Shown here piece by piece: positions 12,464 through 25,232 of a DNA stretch of 64,000 bases. A model generated the notes under the pieces. The model was not told where the DNA came from, made no database searches, and saw only the letters and a list, made by a program, of their open reading frames with translations. The translations under genes and the position numbers were made by a program. Position 1 is the stretch's first letter, and the number at the start of each line of letters is the position of its first letter. This DNA comes from Octopus vulgaris (taxonomy: Eukaryota), in the NCBI GenBank assembly GCA_951406725.2, contig OX597819.1, forward strand, positions 124,744,001-124,808,000. Direction: 5' to 3'.

Positions 12464-14635
12464 CACAATGTAACACATGTTTTGTTTATTTGTATTTTTT
12501 AATGTTCATATATGCATTTTTTGCCACTAAATTCAAAAATCACATTCGTTTTGACGTAACATATTTGCTCGTTATATTTGTAACTTTTCTCTACAGCACT
12601 TTGTTGGTTCAATCTATTCTAGTATTGTAAGGATAATTACACAACATTTAGTACTTTTTCATATATTGAAAAGTATTTAGGAAGTATAATATTAGTTACA
12701 ACAAAAAGAAACAATAAAACTCTGCACTATAAATGCCTTGATAACTCTTTTCTTAAGATGAGAAGTACTTTGACGATTGAGATTTTCTGGAGTGTATACC
12801 TTCATCTCTTCTGACTAGAGACCATATATAATCTCCCATCATAGCAGTATCCCATTGTCCTTGGTATCTTCTTTCCATAGTTGCGATGTCCTGATGAAAT
12901 CTTTCTCCATGCTCCTCACTTACATCACCCAAGTTTTCGGGGAAAATCTAGTTGAGAGTGCGAAAAATGAACCTTTAAGGACATATGACAACCCCATTTT
13001 CTTGAAGTTTTCAATAGGCTTTGCTACCAGCTGTTTGTAATTAGGATCCTTGTGATTTCCTAGGAATCCACGAACTACATCACGAAATGTACACCAAGCA
13101 TCTTTTTCAACTTTCGTCATCGATCTTTCCAGTTTCTTCGACTTTAACATTGCATTTACTTGGGGCCCAACAAATATACCACCCTTGATCTTAGCCTCAG
13201 ATCGCTTTGGAAACATAAGACAAATTTCTTGAAAAGCTTCTCCTTTAAAATCTAAGGCCTTCACAAACTGTTTTATCAATCCGAGTTTGATATGAAGTGG
13301 GGGGTAATAAGATTTTGTTGGAATCTACTAGAGGCTGTTTGAGAACATTTAACATTCCTGGCTGCAGTTCCACTCGTGGGAGCCAATGTACTTTCTTGTA
13401 CTGATGATCATCTGCTCTGCTGTCCCATAAGCAAAGGAAACACGAATACTTTGTGCATCCCCCTTGCAAGCCAAGCAAGAAGGCAAGTCTCTTGAAATCA
13501 CCACACATAAACACACATAAACTCAGCGTAATTTATTTTGTTGAGAAGTTCTTTGACATTGGAGTGTGCAAGAGGTAAAGAAGGATATTTATTTCCATTG
13601 TGGAGCAACATTGCTTTGAGACTTCGTGTTGAGCTATCTATGAACAGTTGCCATTCTGCAGAATCATACTTGAGTCCAATAGCAGTAAACAAACCAATCA
13701 CATCTTTACAATAACACAGATCAATAATATTTTCATAGTAATTTTCAAATTCTTCATAGCGCTTCCAGTACAGAGATATCTTTCAGTCTTCCCCCAGTAG
13801 ATTCCATTCCTTCAACCTTGATGAAAGAAGTTCAGCTCCCGACTTAGTAAGACCCAGATCCCTGATTAAATCATCTAGCTCACTCTGATTTGGAAAGTGA
13901 GGCTCCGAAGTCGTTCTTGGTACGAAAGCTTCCTCCATTTCTTGGCTGCTGCTACTTGTTGACTCTTCAGCTGAAATATTTTCTGGTGGTAGTGGTACTC
14001 GTAAACTGTCATCATGTGGGACAGGTGCTCTAGATGATGGTATGTCTGGATACTGAAGAGCTTGTCTTCCTTTCACTTTTCTGTACTTTGTCACATCGAT
14101 CATACAAAAGTAACGGTCATCGTGATGGTTCTTTGGCTCTCCCCATATCCTTGGAATGACAAAAGGCATTGACCTTCCTGTACCTCTTAACCATCCTTCT
14201 AGAGTAGATCAATAGTTTCCACATATCACATGTGGGGCCCGTGGTTTGTCCTAGTCACCCATGGGCATTCTGAAATAGTCTGTACGGTATCCACAATTTG
14301 GCACCTTTCGCGATCTTATGTAATACCTGCTTTTTTCCAATGTAGTAACCACACACATAACAAAATATATCTGGAGAATTTTTACATATTTTAGTAGCCA
14401 TCCTGAAAGTAGCAGAACTTAGTAATTGATCTGAAAGAGAAAATTAGACATACATTTAGTAGCGGAATATTATAACAATACCGAATACTTAATAATATTC
14501 AAAGTCAACATAATTTCTTAACTGTTGGTGATACACAAAAAATAATTTCATTTTTTGAATCTGCAGAAAAATGAATTGATAAACAAAAACAAAAAAATAC
14601 GATAAACAATTTTAAAAAAAAATTGTTACGTTGTG
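12464..14635 (-). mobile_element. Chapaev3 (CMC superfamily) DNA transposon, full-length but decayed
   Basis: TIRs CACAATGTAACA / TGTTACGTTGTG; TTA TSD at 12461-12463 and 14636-14638. Transposase pieces on the minus strand run from MATKICKNSPDIFCYVCG (ATG 14401) through WGEPKNHHDDRYFC, LLGLQGGCTKYSCFLCLWDSRA and KIKGGIFVGPQ to ERFHQDI. Confidence 0.88.
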
Positions 14636-15145
14636 TTATGAATGCAATGTTAGCGGACTGGGAATTCGAAATTCCATATCTGGATGATATACTCCTTAAA
14701 AGCGAATCCAGGGATCAACACGTCGAGCACGTAAAATATGAATGTGAAAAAAATTAAGGATTACGGCTTTACCTTGAGTGAAGAAAAATGTGAATTGTTC
14801 TTACCAGAAATAAGATATTTAGGACAAATCATTAAGAGAAGTGGATGACTACCATCGAGGGCAAACGCAATTAAAAATATGCCTCCGATAAATTTAGCGA
14901 CCTTACAAGCATTTTAGGACTGGCAAATTATTACCAAAATTACATCCCAAATATGCATAAGGTTAGGGCGCCACTGAATAATTTGCTGGAAAAAGATATG
15001 AAATGGAATTGGTCAGAAAATTGCCAAAAGGCGTTTGACAAAATTTTAAAAATATTAACATCTGATTTGTAGTTAGATCACTTCGATCCTGTAGCGGAGA
15101 TTGTTGTAGCTTCAAACGCTTCTGAGTACGGTATAGGAGCAGTAA

Positions 15146-15446
15146 TCTTCATATATAAAAGTGAAGTTGTGTATCTGTCTCCTACGATTTAGATTCCTAA
15201 CTCCTCCCACATTTTGCGGTGCAGTTTAACCAAAACCGGGTATCTTATAGTTGTGATTCATATCGAGCCCTTCTGGGTATTAGCGCGCGTCTACGATGAG
15301 TCTACGATTAAAAAAAAATTTACCATCATTTTTTCCCATTTTTAATGCATTTTTTTGTTGCTATTATATAAGGTAAGTAACTCTCTAAAAATGCTTATAT
15401 AGTTATTTCCCTTACAAACCCGAGCAACGCCGGGCGATACTGCTAG
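15146..15446 (+). mobile_element. Non-autonomous Helitron (family H1)
   Basis: 5' TC, 3' hairpin CCCGAGCAACGCCGGG then CTAG. Inserted between A and T without TSD; removing it restores Gypsy RNase H codons GAV-MLHKQKDG. Confidence 0.88.
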
Positions 15447-17332
15447 TGCTACATAAACAAAAAGATGGTGACATGACGGTGGTGGTTCATGCCTCACGTT
15501 CTCTGATTTTAGCAGAGAAAAATTATAGCCAAATCAAAAAAGAAGCTCTAGCGATCGTTTTTGCCGTGAAAAATTTTCAGAGTTTTGCACGGTAGGTGTT
15601 TTCGGCTACAGATTAATCACCATCCTTTATTATCGATATATGAGTCGAAAAAAGGAATTCCTACCTATACTGTTAACAGGTTACAACGCTGGGCTACGAT
15701 ATTATAAAACTACGATTTCAAGATTGAGTATATACCATCCAAGAAATTAGGCCACGCGATTATCTATCAAGACTGATTTCAAAACATGCGGAACCATTCG
15801 AAGATACTGTGATTGCCGCTTTGCGAGCGGAAAATGAAATTAAAAATCTTTTGTGTAACGTCATTCGTGGACTGCCAATTATGTTACCAGGCATAAAATC
15901 AAAATCGGAGACCGATAAATTCAATGCAAAAATGAAAGAAACACTGAAGGCTAAAGAAAATAAAAATATGTGCAACACAAATGCGAATCATTTCTCACTG
16001 TGCGACAATGTGTTGATGTATGAGTCGCAGTGCCAGCCGCACTACAAAAACATCTATTAAAGGAATTTTCTATTGATCACCCACGGATTTCGAGAATGAA
16101 ATCACTAATGAGAAGTGACGTAAATTGGCCTAAAATGGACCATGAAATTGACGAGTCGGTGAAATCCAGCAGAGGTTGTGCCCTTGCTGCCAAGTCACCA
16201 CTGATAAAATTCCAACTGTGACCTAAAACCGACAGTCCATGAACCAGGCTTCTTATAGATTTTGCTGGACGTATTTAGATTTAGATGGCGCGTATTACCT
16301 GATTGAAGTAGACAGTTATAATAAATGGCTTAAAATATGTAGATGTAGGGAACCAACGTCTACGGTGACAATAGAATTTTTTCATGAACTCTTTGCAAGA
16401 TATGGTGTCCCGGACACCATAGTATCCGATAACGGTACACAGTTTATGGCGCATGACTTTTAAAATGTCTGCAAAATGTACGCAGTTGAACACATCTCTA
16501 CTCTGCCATATCACCCAAGATCAAACGGGCAATCGGAATGGTTCGTGGACACATTTAAAATAGCATTAAAGAAATCAAGAAACAATTCCTGAGAGTTTAT
16601 AGGATAACACCAAACCCAAACACTTCAGGCAGGTCGCCTGCTGAACTAATGTTTGCTCGAAAAATAAAGTCAATTTTTGACAAGCTATTACCAGTAAGAA
16701 AAACAAATAGGGAAACACTAAAAATGCGAAAGAGTATTTTAATATCGATGACAAGGGTTTTTTCAAAATATATAAAAAGAGAAGAGAAAGTTGGGAAGAT
16801 GGAGTAATAACAAAACGAACAGGGAAGGTGACGTGTATGATAAGAGGCGAAAATTGGGAACACAAATGACATTTAAACCAGCTAAAAAATAAATATACGG
16901 AAAAAAGAAAAGAGATACCCATGGAAATGCTCTACGACACCTTTGATGTTCCAACGCCACAAGAAGTAGAACGTAGGCGTAGCAGCACAAGAAGGAGGAG
17001 ACAAACAGAACGGTTGGAAGTAATACCTAGACGAAAGAAATATTAAACTTCCCTAGGAAGTAAATCTCAAAGGGAGAGATGTGGCGAGAGTCATTGACAG
17101 CCCTGTGGGATTGGAAGAATGGACTAGCCGAACTCTTATAAAGAGTAACGTATTGGTTGAGAGGGAAAAAGGTCGTAGGGGTCGCTGAGGAAGCCGTAGG
17201 AAGTAATTGAGACCTTTGGGAGTTTGTATTTATTGAAGTATCGTGTTTAGTGGAGTAATTTGAAGTACATCGTGTGATGACAGTTGTATCTATCTCCGCT
17301 TCGTAAAATCTGTATATCCAGCGTATAGGAGA

Positions 17333-17424
<92 letters not shown>

Positions 17425-17426
<2 letters not shown>

Positions 17427-19980
17427 GGAGAATTCACAGAAAAAGACAAAAGACGAAGGCAAGTGGTGTAGACAACAAACTGTATTAATTTAACGCTCGG
17501 TAAATGAAAAAGTCTTTAACGTTTCGAGCCTACGCTCTTCCACAGAAAGGAACACAGAAAGAAACAAGGAGAGAAAATAAAGAATGTGTAGTGGCTAGCG
17601 ATTTGTCATGGGGAATGCCGGACAGAGGGGTCACACAGGAGAGCTAGGAAGGAGAGACAATAAAGTAGTGGGTGATCCCAAAACGAAGGTGCGTGTGCGT
17701 GTGTATAAGAGAGCATGTATGTGCATGTGGAAGCGGGCTGGTGACCTTGACGTGTGCGTGTGTGCATGTGTAGGTGTGTGCATGTTGGTGTGGGGCTGGG
17801 AAGTGGTCAGTGCTAGTGTGCGCGTGGTGGTGTGATGTGATGTGGTGTTATGTTGTATGGTGGTGTGTGGTGTGGTGCAATGTGATGTGGTGTGGTGGTA
17901 TTGGGATGTGGGGAGGCGAGAGTGGGGAAAGCAAGGGTGGGGTGTGGGTTAGGCTGAGGGTGGTGGTAGAGGTGGGGTATGTGGGAGTGGGTGTAAGGGA
18001 TGGAGTGGAGGTGGGATGGGATGGATAGGGAAGGTGTGTTGGATTGTGTAGGGGTGGGATTACGAGGGAGGAGTGACGTGGAAGAGAGAGGGGTAGGGAG
18101 AAGGTGGGTAGGAGTCAAGAGAAGAGAAGAGAGAAAGAGGGTAGGAGTGAAGAGAAGTAGGAGTCGGAGCAAGAGAAGAAAGATGGGTGGTAGGAAGTAG
18201 GTGCGAGACGAAGAGAAGAGAGGGGAGGAGGGTTAGATGAAGAGGGGACGATAGTTGATCTTATGTGGCACAAAGGAGCGAAGAGAGAAGATTAATCCCC
18301 GTTCACGACGAAGACGGAAGTCCGGATGGCCCCTATGGAAGGACAATCCCAATACAGACAGGTGTTGCAAAGAGTGACCGGTAGAGCAGAAATGGCGTGA
18401 GACCGGGGTGTCATTGCCGAGTCGGAGGTGTTCCGCGAACCGGTCAGCCAAGCGGCATCCCATTTGCGCGATGTATAGAGAAGGGCAGAGAGAGCAGGAG
18501 ATGCAGTATATGACATTGGTAGAAGTGCAGCTAAAGGAGTCGGTGATATGATAGGGTCGGTGATGGGTGCCGGTGAGGAGTGTGGTGTTGGAGAGGTAAA
18601 GGCAAGTGCGACAGCATGGGACAGAGGAACGAGCCGAGTTGGAAGGTTAGGTTAGGGAAGAAGCTGTGGACCAAGAGGTCTCGTAGGTTATGGGCTCATT
18701 TGAAGGAAGGGAGGGGTCGTTAGGGAATATGTGCGAAGTGGTGGGGCCAGACTGCGGTCGCCGGAAGGCTCGGAGAATGGTGCGTTGGAGAAGTAGGGTG
18801 GTGGGGTGGTAGGTCAGGGGAAACGGGAGACGGCGGGGCGGGTGCGAGGGAAGAGAGCCGACGCACAGTCCACGGAGCGTACTCTTGCATGGGCGGTGTG
18901 GATAGTGGTGAGGGGATATCCACGTTGGGTGAAGTGGCGAGCCATGAATTGAGACTGAGTCTCAAAGTCATGGTCGTCATTGCAGAGCCTGCGTAGACGG
19001 ATGAATTGGGAATAGGGGATGGAGAGCTTAGTGTGATTAGTATGGGAGAAGTTGAGGTATGATGTGAGTCTGTGTGTTTGTAGTGGATGGAGGTGGTGAG
19101 AGTGGAGTGATGAATGCTGACCGAAATGTCGAGGAAGGAGACATAGGTGTCAGAGATACTGCAGGAGAAGTGGAGGGCAGGATGGAAAGATTTGACAAAA
19201 GAGAGGAAGGAGTCTAGATGTTCGCGGGAGAGTGAGGTCGCACCGATGCAATCGTCAATATAACGGCTGTATAGTTCGGGAGTGGGACCAGTGAAACTTG
19301 AGAATATTTGGTCCTCAACGTAGCCACCGAATAGGTTCGCATAGTTGGGGCCCATTCTCGTTATCATGGCTACTCCCGAGACCCGCTGGTAAAAATCACC
19401 AGCGAACGAGAAGCAGTTGAGTGAGAAGACAAGTTCGGCCAGACGAACGAGTGTGGGTGTGTCAGGTTGGGGGTTGGGTCGAAGGTCAAGGAAATGCTGA
19501 AGTGCACGCAGCCCCTCGTGGTGAGGGATCACTGTGTAAAGTCTATGAATGTCGAGAGTGAAGAGAAGTTTAGAGGGGCCAGGAGGGAAGTAGAAAGAGC
19601 TGAACAAACGAAGCGCATGGTTGGTGTCATAGATGTGAGAGAGGAGCAAAGCCACTAGGGGCAAGGAGACGGTCAAGATATCTGGAGATGAGTTCGGTGG
19701 GGCAGTTGCAGGCGGAGATGATGGGGCGGCCAGGGTTGTTAGGTTTGTGGATTTGGGGGAGGAAGTAAATTGTGGGGGTGCGAGGGGTGCGGACAATGAG
19801 ATTGGAGGCGGTGGGGGAGACGGGAAGAGGAGATGAGGTCATGGATAGTGAAGGACACAGTCTGTTGGTAGCTGGGCGTGGGGTCGGAGGACAGAGGGCA
19901 GAAGGCAGAGGGCAGTAGATGAAGATGTCTTGAATTTGGCGTAGAGCTTTCGCCTTGTAGACGTCCGCGCGCCAAGACGC
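17425..19980 (-). mobile_element. Penelope-like element (RT + GIY-YIG), 5'-truncated, frameshifted
   Basis: YFLPQIHKPNNPGRPIIS, LFTLDI, GVAM..MGPNYANLF, RYIDDC and FLDISV RT motifs; GIY-YIG NVIYCISC..C..LYI...RLADRFAEHLR; 3' end abuts (TG)n/(TA)n. Confidence 0.92.
17514..17549 (-). ncRNA. Minimal type I hammerhead-like motif in the Penelope 3' pLTR (variant core)
   Basis: cttt-CTGTGGA-a-gagc(gtag)gctc-GAAACGTTA-aaga; the core differs from CUGANGA at one position. Confidence 0.55.
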
Positions 19981-20527
19981 CTTCCACTCTTGTAATTAAT
20001 TTTTTCCGTGATGTAACTTTATTGTGTAATTTTCTTCTAGTTAGCACTTTGTGAGCTTTTGAAAGCCATTTTATGGGTCTGTAAGTTTGTCTTTTTCTTC
20101 TTTTTTTTTATTTGGACATTAAGATGGCTTTCTTCTTAATGACTCCGCCCTTTGTTCCTCTTGTCTTTTCGGTGTATGACGCCCTTATAGATAGTGTGTG
20201 TGAGAGTGTGGGGTAACGAAAGAGAGATTTAAGGTTTTGGTGAGTACCAGAGATAGCTCTGGGGAACATTGTTTGGAGATAGTAGAAATTACATTTGCAG
20301 AGCCAAGAACCATCTTGGTCTTGAGCAATTGTAGATAATTTCTCACCGGCAGTGTATGTGTGATTGATGATGAACGAGTTAGAGTATAAAGGGATAGATG
20401 GGAAAGAAAAGCGGAACAAAAAGAGAGCATAGAGTTGTAATTAAGGCAGATGTTGGCATATCAATAAGCGAAAATAGAAAAATCACTTGTGACCGGGAAA
20501 AGTAAAGATCCAAGAAGCTTTCAGTTA

Positions 20528-20830
20528 TCTCTCTATATATAAACGGCAAAATGTCTGTCTGTGTGTGTGTGTATCCTTTATACAAATCCACAATTTTTCA
20601 GTTAGAGGGCTCGCACTTTCTATGGTCATTCAAAACCGTCCAAGGGTGGTTGTGCACATCTTTACATTTCCCCAGTCACCCCGCAAAGCCATTAAAAAAT
20701 CAATAGAAGTGACTTTTTCGTGAATTTTCTATCTAAAACCCAACGCCAATTGAATGCCAGCTAGCTGTATGTGATTGGTCGGAGATTTGGACAGTACTCG
20801 CGTGTATGTGCGCATGCACGTAGCTGCATA
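20528..20830 (+). mobile_element. Probable Helitron-like non-autonomous 5' fragment
   Basis: A|TC start, TATATATAAA then (TGTC)/(TG) tract, the same layout as the other Helitron 5' ends here. No 3' CTAG hairpin found. Confidence 0.45.
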
Positions 20831-21099
20831 GGCATGCACTAGCAATATGATAATATCGATAACACTTACACAGCTAAGGTATTATGTACCATATATGTGG
20901 CTTAAAGAATTTGACGGAGGAATACCCCAAAGAAAAAAGTAGTGTTTGTTCACTACAGCTTTAGCTGCCAGCGGTTGTAAGTTTTGTTCTATATTTCCTG
21001 AATGAAACGCATCAGTAATTCAACAAGCAAAGAATGCAGTATAATAGCTTTGAAACCATATTCTTGGTTAAAACCAAGAATATGGTCCTTGGCGCTGAT

Positions 21100-21140
21100 T
21101 GTCATCATCATGATCATGATCATCATCATCATCATCGTCG

Positions 21141-21180
<40 letters not shown>

Positions 21181-21230
21181 GGTCATCATCATCATCATCA
21201 TCGTCATCATCATCATCGTCATCGTCATCG

Positions 21231-21321
<91 letters not shown>

Positions 21322-21340
21322 CAACAGCAGCAGCAGCAGT
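21100..21340. repeat. (CAT)n-(CAG/CAA)n compound microsatellite
   Basis: Directly visible; explains the poly-H/M/D/I ORFs. Confidence 0.97.
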
Positions 21341-21755
21341 GGAGGCGCAATGGCCCAATGGTTAGGGCAGCGGACTCGCGGTCGGAGGATCGCGGTTTCG
21401 ATTCCCAGACCGGGCGTTGTGTGTGTTTATTGAGCGAAAACACCTAAAGCTCCACGAGGCTCCGGCAAGGGGGTGGTGGCGACCCCTGTTGTACTCTTTC
21501 GCTCCAACTTTCTCTCACTCTTTCTTCCTGTTTCTTGTCCCCGACTTCCTACGCAACCGCTGAGCCTGGATGCGCATTCATCCATCCATCCGTCGATGCC
21601 CTCGGTGTTGGGGGGGTTGACCCGCTTTCTCTTCTGCGGGTCTTACGAATAGCAAAGGACCACGTTTCGGACTTCTCCCACTACAGAGGCGCGATCTTGA
21701 GTGCTCTGGGACGAAGACCGCTTCGCTCAACGAACGAACAAACAAACAAACAGCA
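21341..21755 (+). mobile_element. tRNA-derived SINE family C (octopus OR-type)
   Basis: GGAGGCGCAATGGCCCAATGGTTAGG A-box and GGTTTCGATTCC B-box; (AAC/AAAC) tail; head shared with 30659-30962. Confidence 0.85.
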
Positions 21756-22248
21756 GCAGCAGCAAAAGCAGCAACAGCAGATGTTAGACTGTCACCAGTG
21801 GAAGAGAAGCGCTGCGAACGTCTTGACAGCTTTTATGGCATTGAAGACTTATGTGAATTTAAGAGCTGCTGGAAATCGTAGATACTTAACATTCACATAA
21901 TTAATCGACTGCACACCATAGTGACATCTATTTCATACTTGTGTCAACAAGATGTGCATCACTTGCATTTATCACTTGCTGGCCATTGTATAAAAAAAAC
22001 ACGTTAAAACATATTTGCTCAATATAATAAATATTGTTTTCTCTTACTTCCAACCGACATTCTTAACCTTTTTTTTAATAAATAGGATAACACGCGACCT
22101 ACTAGGAGTAAAATAAGATATTTTATTTTTTGCTTTATTATATAATTCATACATCTTTAATACAAACTGAGTGATTTAGTGCTGAGAATATAACTGAAAT
22201 CTCCTAATTTATCACCTGAACTCAGTGACATATCCAGGTTAATTGCAT

Positions 22249-22310
22249 TGACGTCAGTCAATGAGTTTGTGCATCTAAACCGAATACCTGCAACGAAAGT
22301 TTCATAAATG
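22249..22310 (+). promoter_or_regulatory. Candidate promoter of the secreted-protein gene: CRE (TGACGTCA) and TATA-like CATAAAT
   Basis: Perfect TGACGTCA at 22249-22256 and CATAAAT at 22303-22309, about 100-150 nt before ATG 22402. Confidence 0.3.
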
Positions 22311-22401
22311 TACACTGTTCACCTGGTGTGTACCGAAATGTACAACTCCTGTACTTCGAATTTTACCTTACCTTGTATTTTCTAGAAAATCTCTTGAAGA
22401 T

Positions 22402-22411
22402 ATGGGCGTTT
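22402..22411 (+). CDS. Secreted helical-cytokine-like gene, coding exon 1 (MGV+T)
   Basis: ATGGGCGTTT followed by a GTAAGT donor; phase 1 matches the next exon (T+AT=Tyr). Confidence 0.6.
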
Positions 22412-22448
22412 GTAAGTATCATATTCAATTACATTTGTTTATCATACC

Positions 22449-22679
22449 TATTTCTTTATTACCCACAAGGGGCTAAACACACAGGGGACAAACAAGGACA
22501 GACATAGGTATTAAGTCGATTACATCGACCCCAGTGCGTAACTGGTACTTAATTTATCGACCCCGAAAGGATGAAAGGCAAAGTCGACCACGGCGGAATT
22601 CGAACTCACAACGTAACGGCAGACGAAATACCGCTTAGCATTTCGCCCGGCTTGCTAATGTTTCTGCCAGCTCGCCGCC
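22449..22679 (-). mobile_element. SINE family A (intron 1)
   Basis: Full unit with 15-bp TSD TTTGTTTATCATACC. Confidence 0.92.
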
Positions 22680-22845
22680 TTTGTTTATCATACCAATGTG
22701 TGTGCGTGCGTGTGTCTGTGTGTGCGTGTGTGATGCCAATTAAGTATGATATAAATACAGTATTAAACAATAAATTAGTAATATTTAGGATAAGTCACCT
22801 GTGAGCAAAAAGCTCATTATTTCTCAAAAGTACACAACAAATAAG

Positions 22846-23281
22846 GGATCTTTTCGGTTTGAACGGCAGTTTTTCTAGCGGTGTCATATGAAATTGTCAC
22901 CCATATAATTATAGTATCGATCTATTGCATTTTAATCTATTTTAGGGTTAGGGTTAGAGTTAGGGTTAGGGTTAAGGTTAGGGGTGGGGGAAGGATATCT
23001 CTTTTTCTTCAGAAATGTAACTAAACCCAATCTGTTTCTTAAACGAGGGACATATTCATACGGCACAGAATGTTTTCACCCCAATAGACGTCATTGATTG
23101 GTTGAAATTGCAGAAATTGAAGAAAAAAACAACAAATATCTTACAAACTATAGAATTTTCTCAATAAAGCCAAGATAAAAAGATGTTTTATAAAAACACA
23201 TTCTACCAGTATACGAAGTTTGAAAGTTTTTAGGTACGTGAAAATTATTTTAAAAAACTGCCGTTCAAACCGAAAAGATCC
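22846..23281. mobile_element. MITE family 1 with internal (TTAGGG)n
   Basis: Same TIRs as 9423-9842; TSD CAAATAAG/CATATAAG; TTAGGG-like array at ~22942-22983. Confidence 0.9.
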
Positions 23282-23408
23282 CATATAAGAAGTAAATCAC
23301 ACGTAATCTGTTGATCTTGAAATATTTATCAGATGTTGTTCAGACATTAGGATTTCGTACTTTACATATCTATATTGATATTTCTTAGCTATGTGTTTCT
23401 TATTTTAG

Positions 23409-23569
23409 ATTGTCAATTTATATTAGCCTTATGTTTAGCGATATGGATTGCATTGATTAACGTTTCACCTATATCCACTTCATCAATTAATGAACGGACT
23501 CGCATCAACTTGGCTCTGTGTCTTTCACAAGAGGCCGGAAAAGCTGCAAACGAGACATTGAACTATCTT
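23409..23569 (+). CDS. Secreted helical-cytokine-like gene, exon 2 (signal peptide + first helix)
   Basis: tttcttattttAG acceptor, GTGAGT donor, 161 nt open: (Y)CQFILALCLAIWIALINVSPISTSSINERTRINLALCLSQEAGKAANETLNYL. Confidence 0.72.
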
Positions 23570-23626
23570 GTGAGTAATCACTAAATTCTTTATTCCTTCA
23601 TTTTTAGTTTCTTATTATATAATCAA

Positions 23627-24130
23627 CTAGCAGTATCGCCCGGCGTTGCTCGGGTTTGTAAGGGAAATAACTATATAAGCATTTTTAGAGAGTTATAGCC
23701 AAAAATAGCAAAAAAATGCATTAAAAATGGAAAAAAAATTATGGTAAATTTTTTTTTAAATCGTTGACTCACCGTAGACATTTTTAGAGAGTTACTTCCC
23801 TTATATAATAGCGAAAAAAAAATGCATTAAAATGGAAAAAAATGATGGTAAATTTTTTTTTAAACCGTTGACTCATCGTAGACATTTTTAGAGAGTTACT
23901 TCCCTTATATAATTGCGAAAAAAATGCATTAAAATGGAAAAAGATGATGGTAAATTTTTTTTTAAATCGTAGACTCATCGTAGACGCGCGCTAATACCCA
24001 GAAGGGCTCGATATGAATCACGACTATAAGATACCCGGTTTTGGTTAAACTGCACCGCAAAATGTGGGAGTAGTTAGGAATCTAAATCGTAGGAGACAGA
24101 CAGCACACAACCTCTCTTTTATACATAAAG
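23627..24130 (-). mobile_element. Non-autonomous Helitron (family H1) with internal ~95-bp tandem repeats
   Basis: Reverse-complement copy of 15146-15446 (CTAG end and hairpin at 23627-23655). An internal segment (atgcattaaaatggaaaa...catcgtagac) occurs three times. Confidence 0.85.
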
Positions 24131-24443
24131 TCATCATATGAAAATCACAAAATCTCTTAGTAAATGTTTCTTATGTTTTTGCACAGTGTAAAAACAATGT
24201 ATTGTTGCCCACTATAAACTGCCGTCAATTTAATAAAACCATGTCAAATAAATGGAACTCAGCATTTCCGGAATTGATCTTTTATGCAGATAATATAACT
24301 AAAACGTTCACATTCCAGGTTAGTAAATATAAAACATTTTTTGTCTGTCATAAAATGTTTCTTATACTTTTACATAGAATTGATGATGTATTATATAAAA
24401 GGTTCACATTTTGTGAAATATATATGACAAATCTTAATTGCAG

Positions 24444-24674
24444 GCGGCTGTGATGTCAATGTATAAACCATTCAGAACATATTCTATACTGCTCAAGAAT
24501 TATAAGCAAAGAGAATTTGAAGTTCTGTGTGCTGATGCTTTGTGCTTTGAAAAACATTGTTCTTATCCAGAGGCGTGTTCTAATGAAACTACACCATCAG
24601 ATGGTAGGCACTTTTGCTCCTTAAGAAAGGCCAGTGATTGCTTGACTGAGCTGGTTAATCAACTGTCGGTACAG
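24444..24674 (+). CDS. Secreted helical-cytokine-like gene, exon 3
   Basis: ttgcAG acceptor, CAG|GTGAGT donor, 231 nt, phase 0-0, open 77 aa (AAVMSMYKPF...LTELVNQLSVQ) with 6 Cys. Confidence 0.75.
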
Positions 24675-24765
24675 GTGAGTATTGTTGTTATTGTAATCAA
24701 TGAACATACAAAAATATGACCAAATGTACTCAACTCTTTTTAGGGATGTCAACGACTATATTGTA

Positions 24766-24974
24766 TACTCTTTTACTCTTTTACTTGTTTCAGTCATTTG
24801 ACTGCGGCCATGCTGGAGCACCGCCTTTAGTTGGGCAAATCGACCCCGGGACTTATTCTTTGTAAGCCCAGTACTTATTCTATCAGTCTCTTTTTGCCGA
24901 ACTGCTAAGTGACGGGGACGTAAACACACCAGCATCGGTTGTCAAGCAATGCTAGGGGGACAAACACAGACACA

Positions 24975-25067
<93 letters not shown>

Positions 25068-25232
25068 TACGACAGGCTTCTTTCAGTTTCCGTCTACCAA
25101 ATCCACTCACAAGACATTGGTCTGCCCGGGGCTATAGCAGAAGACACTTGCCCAAGATGCTACGCAGTGGGACTGAACCCGGAACCATGTGGTTGGTTAG
25201 CAAGCTACTTACCACACAGCCACTCCTGCGCC
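24766..25232 (-). mobile_element. tRNA-derived SINE family B with internal (TA)/(CA) tract
   Basis: GGCGCAGGAGTGGCTGTGTGGTAAG head, GGTTCAGTCCC B-box, (GTAAAAGA)n tail; many copies in the window. Confidence 0.9.

Larger units (their letters stand above)
10418..17335 (+). mobile_element. Decayed Gypsy (Mag/K02A2.6-like) LTR retrotransposon with two nested insertions
   Basis: Related LTRs at ~10418-10668 and 17080-~17335. PBS TGGCGAC at 10671; PPT AAGGGAGAGA before the TG at 17080. Fragments of gag (FKCLIFVQGL), protease (LDTCSDIT), RT (IRVCADF, FSKLDLSDAYLQI, YLDD), RNase H (NYSQIKKEALAIVFAV) and integrase (IVSDNGTQF, YHPRSNGQSE). Many stops and frameshifts. Confidence 0.93.

Noticed and set aside
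21341-21415. tRNA-like sequence
   Set aside because: It is a SINE head continuing into a repeat body, not a tRNA gene.
20989-21447. Poly-Met/His/Asp/Ile ORFs
   Set aside because: Translations of a (CAT)n/(CAG)n microsatellite.
22942-22983. Telomere or chromosome-fusion site
   Set aside because: The short TTAGGG tract is an internal part of a MITE.
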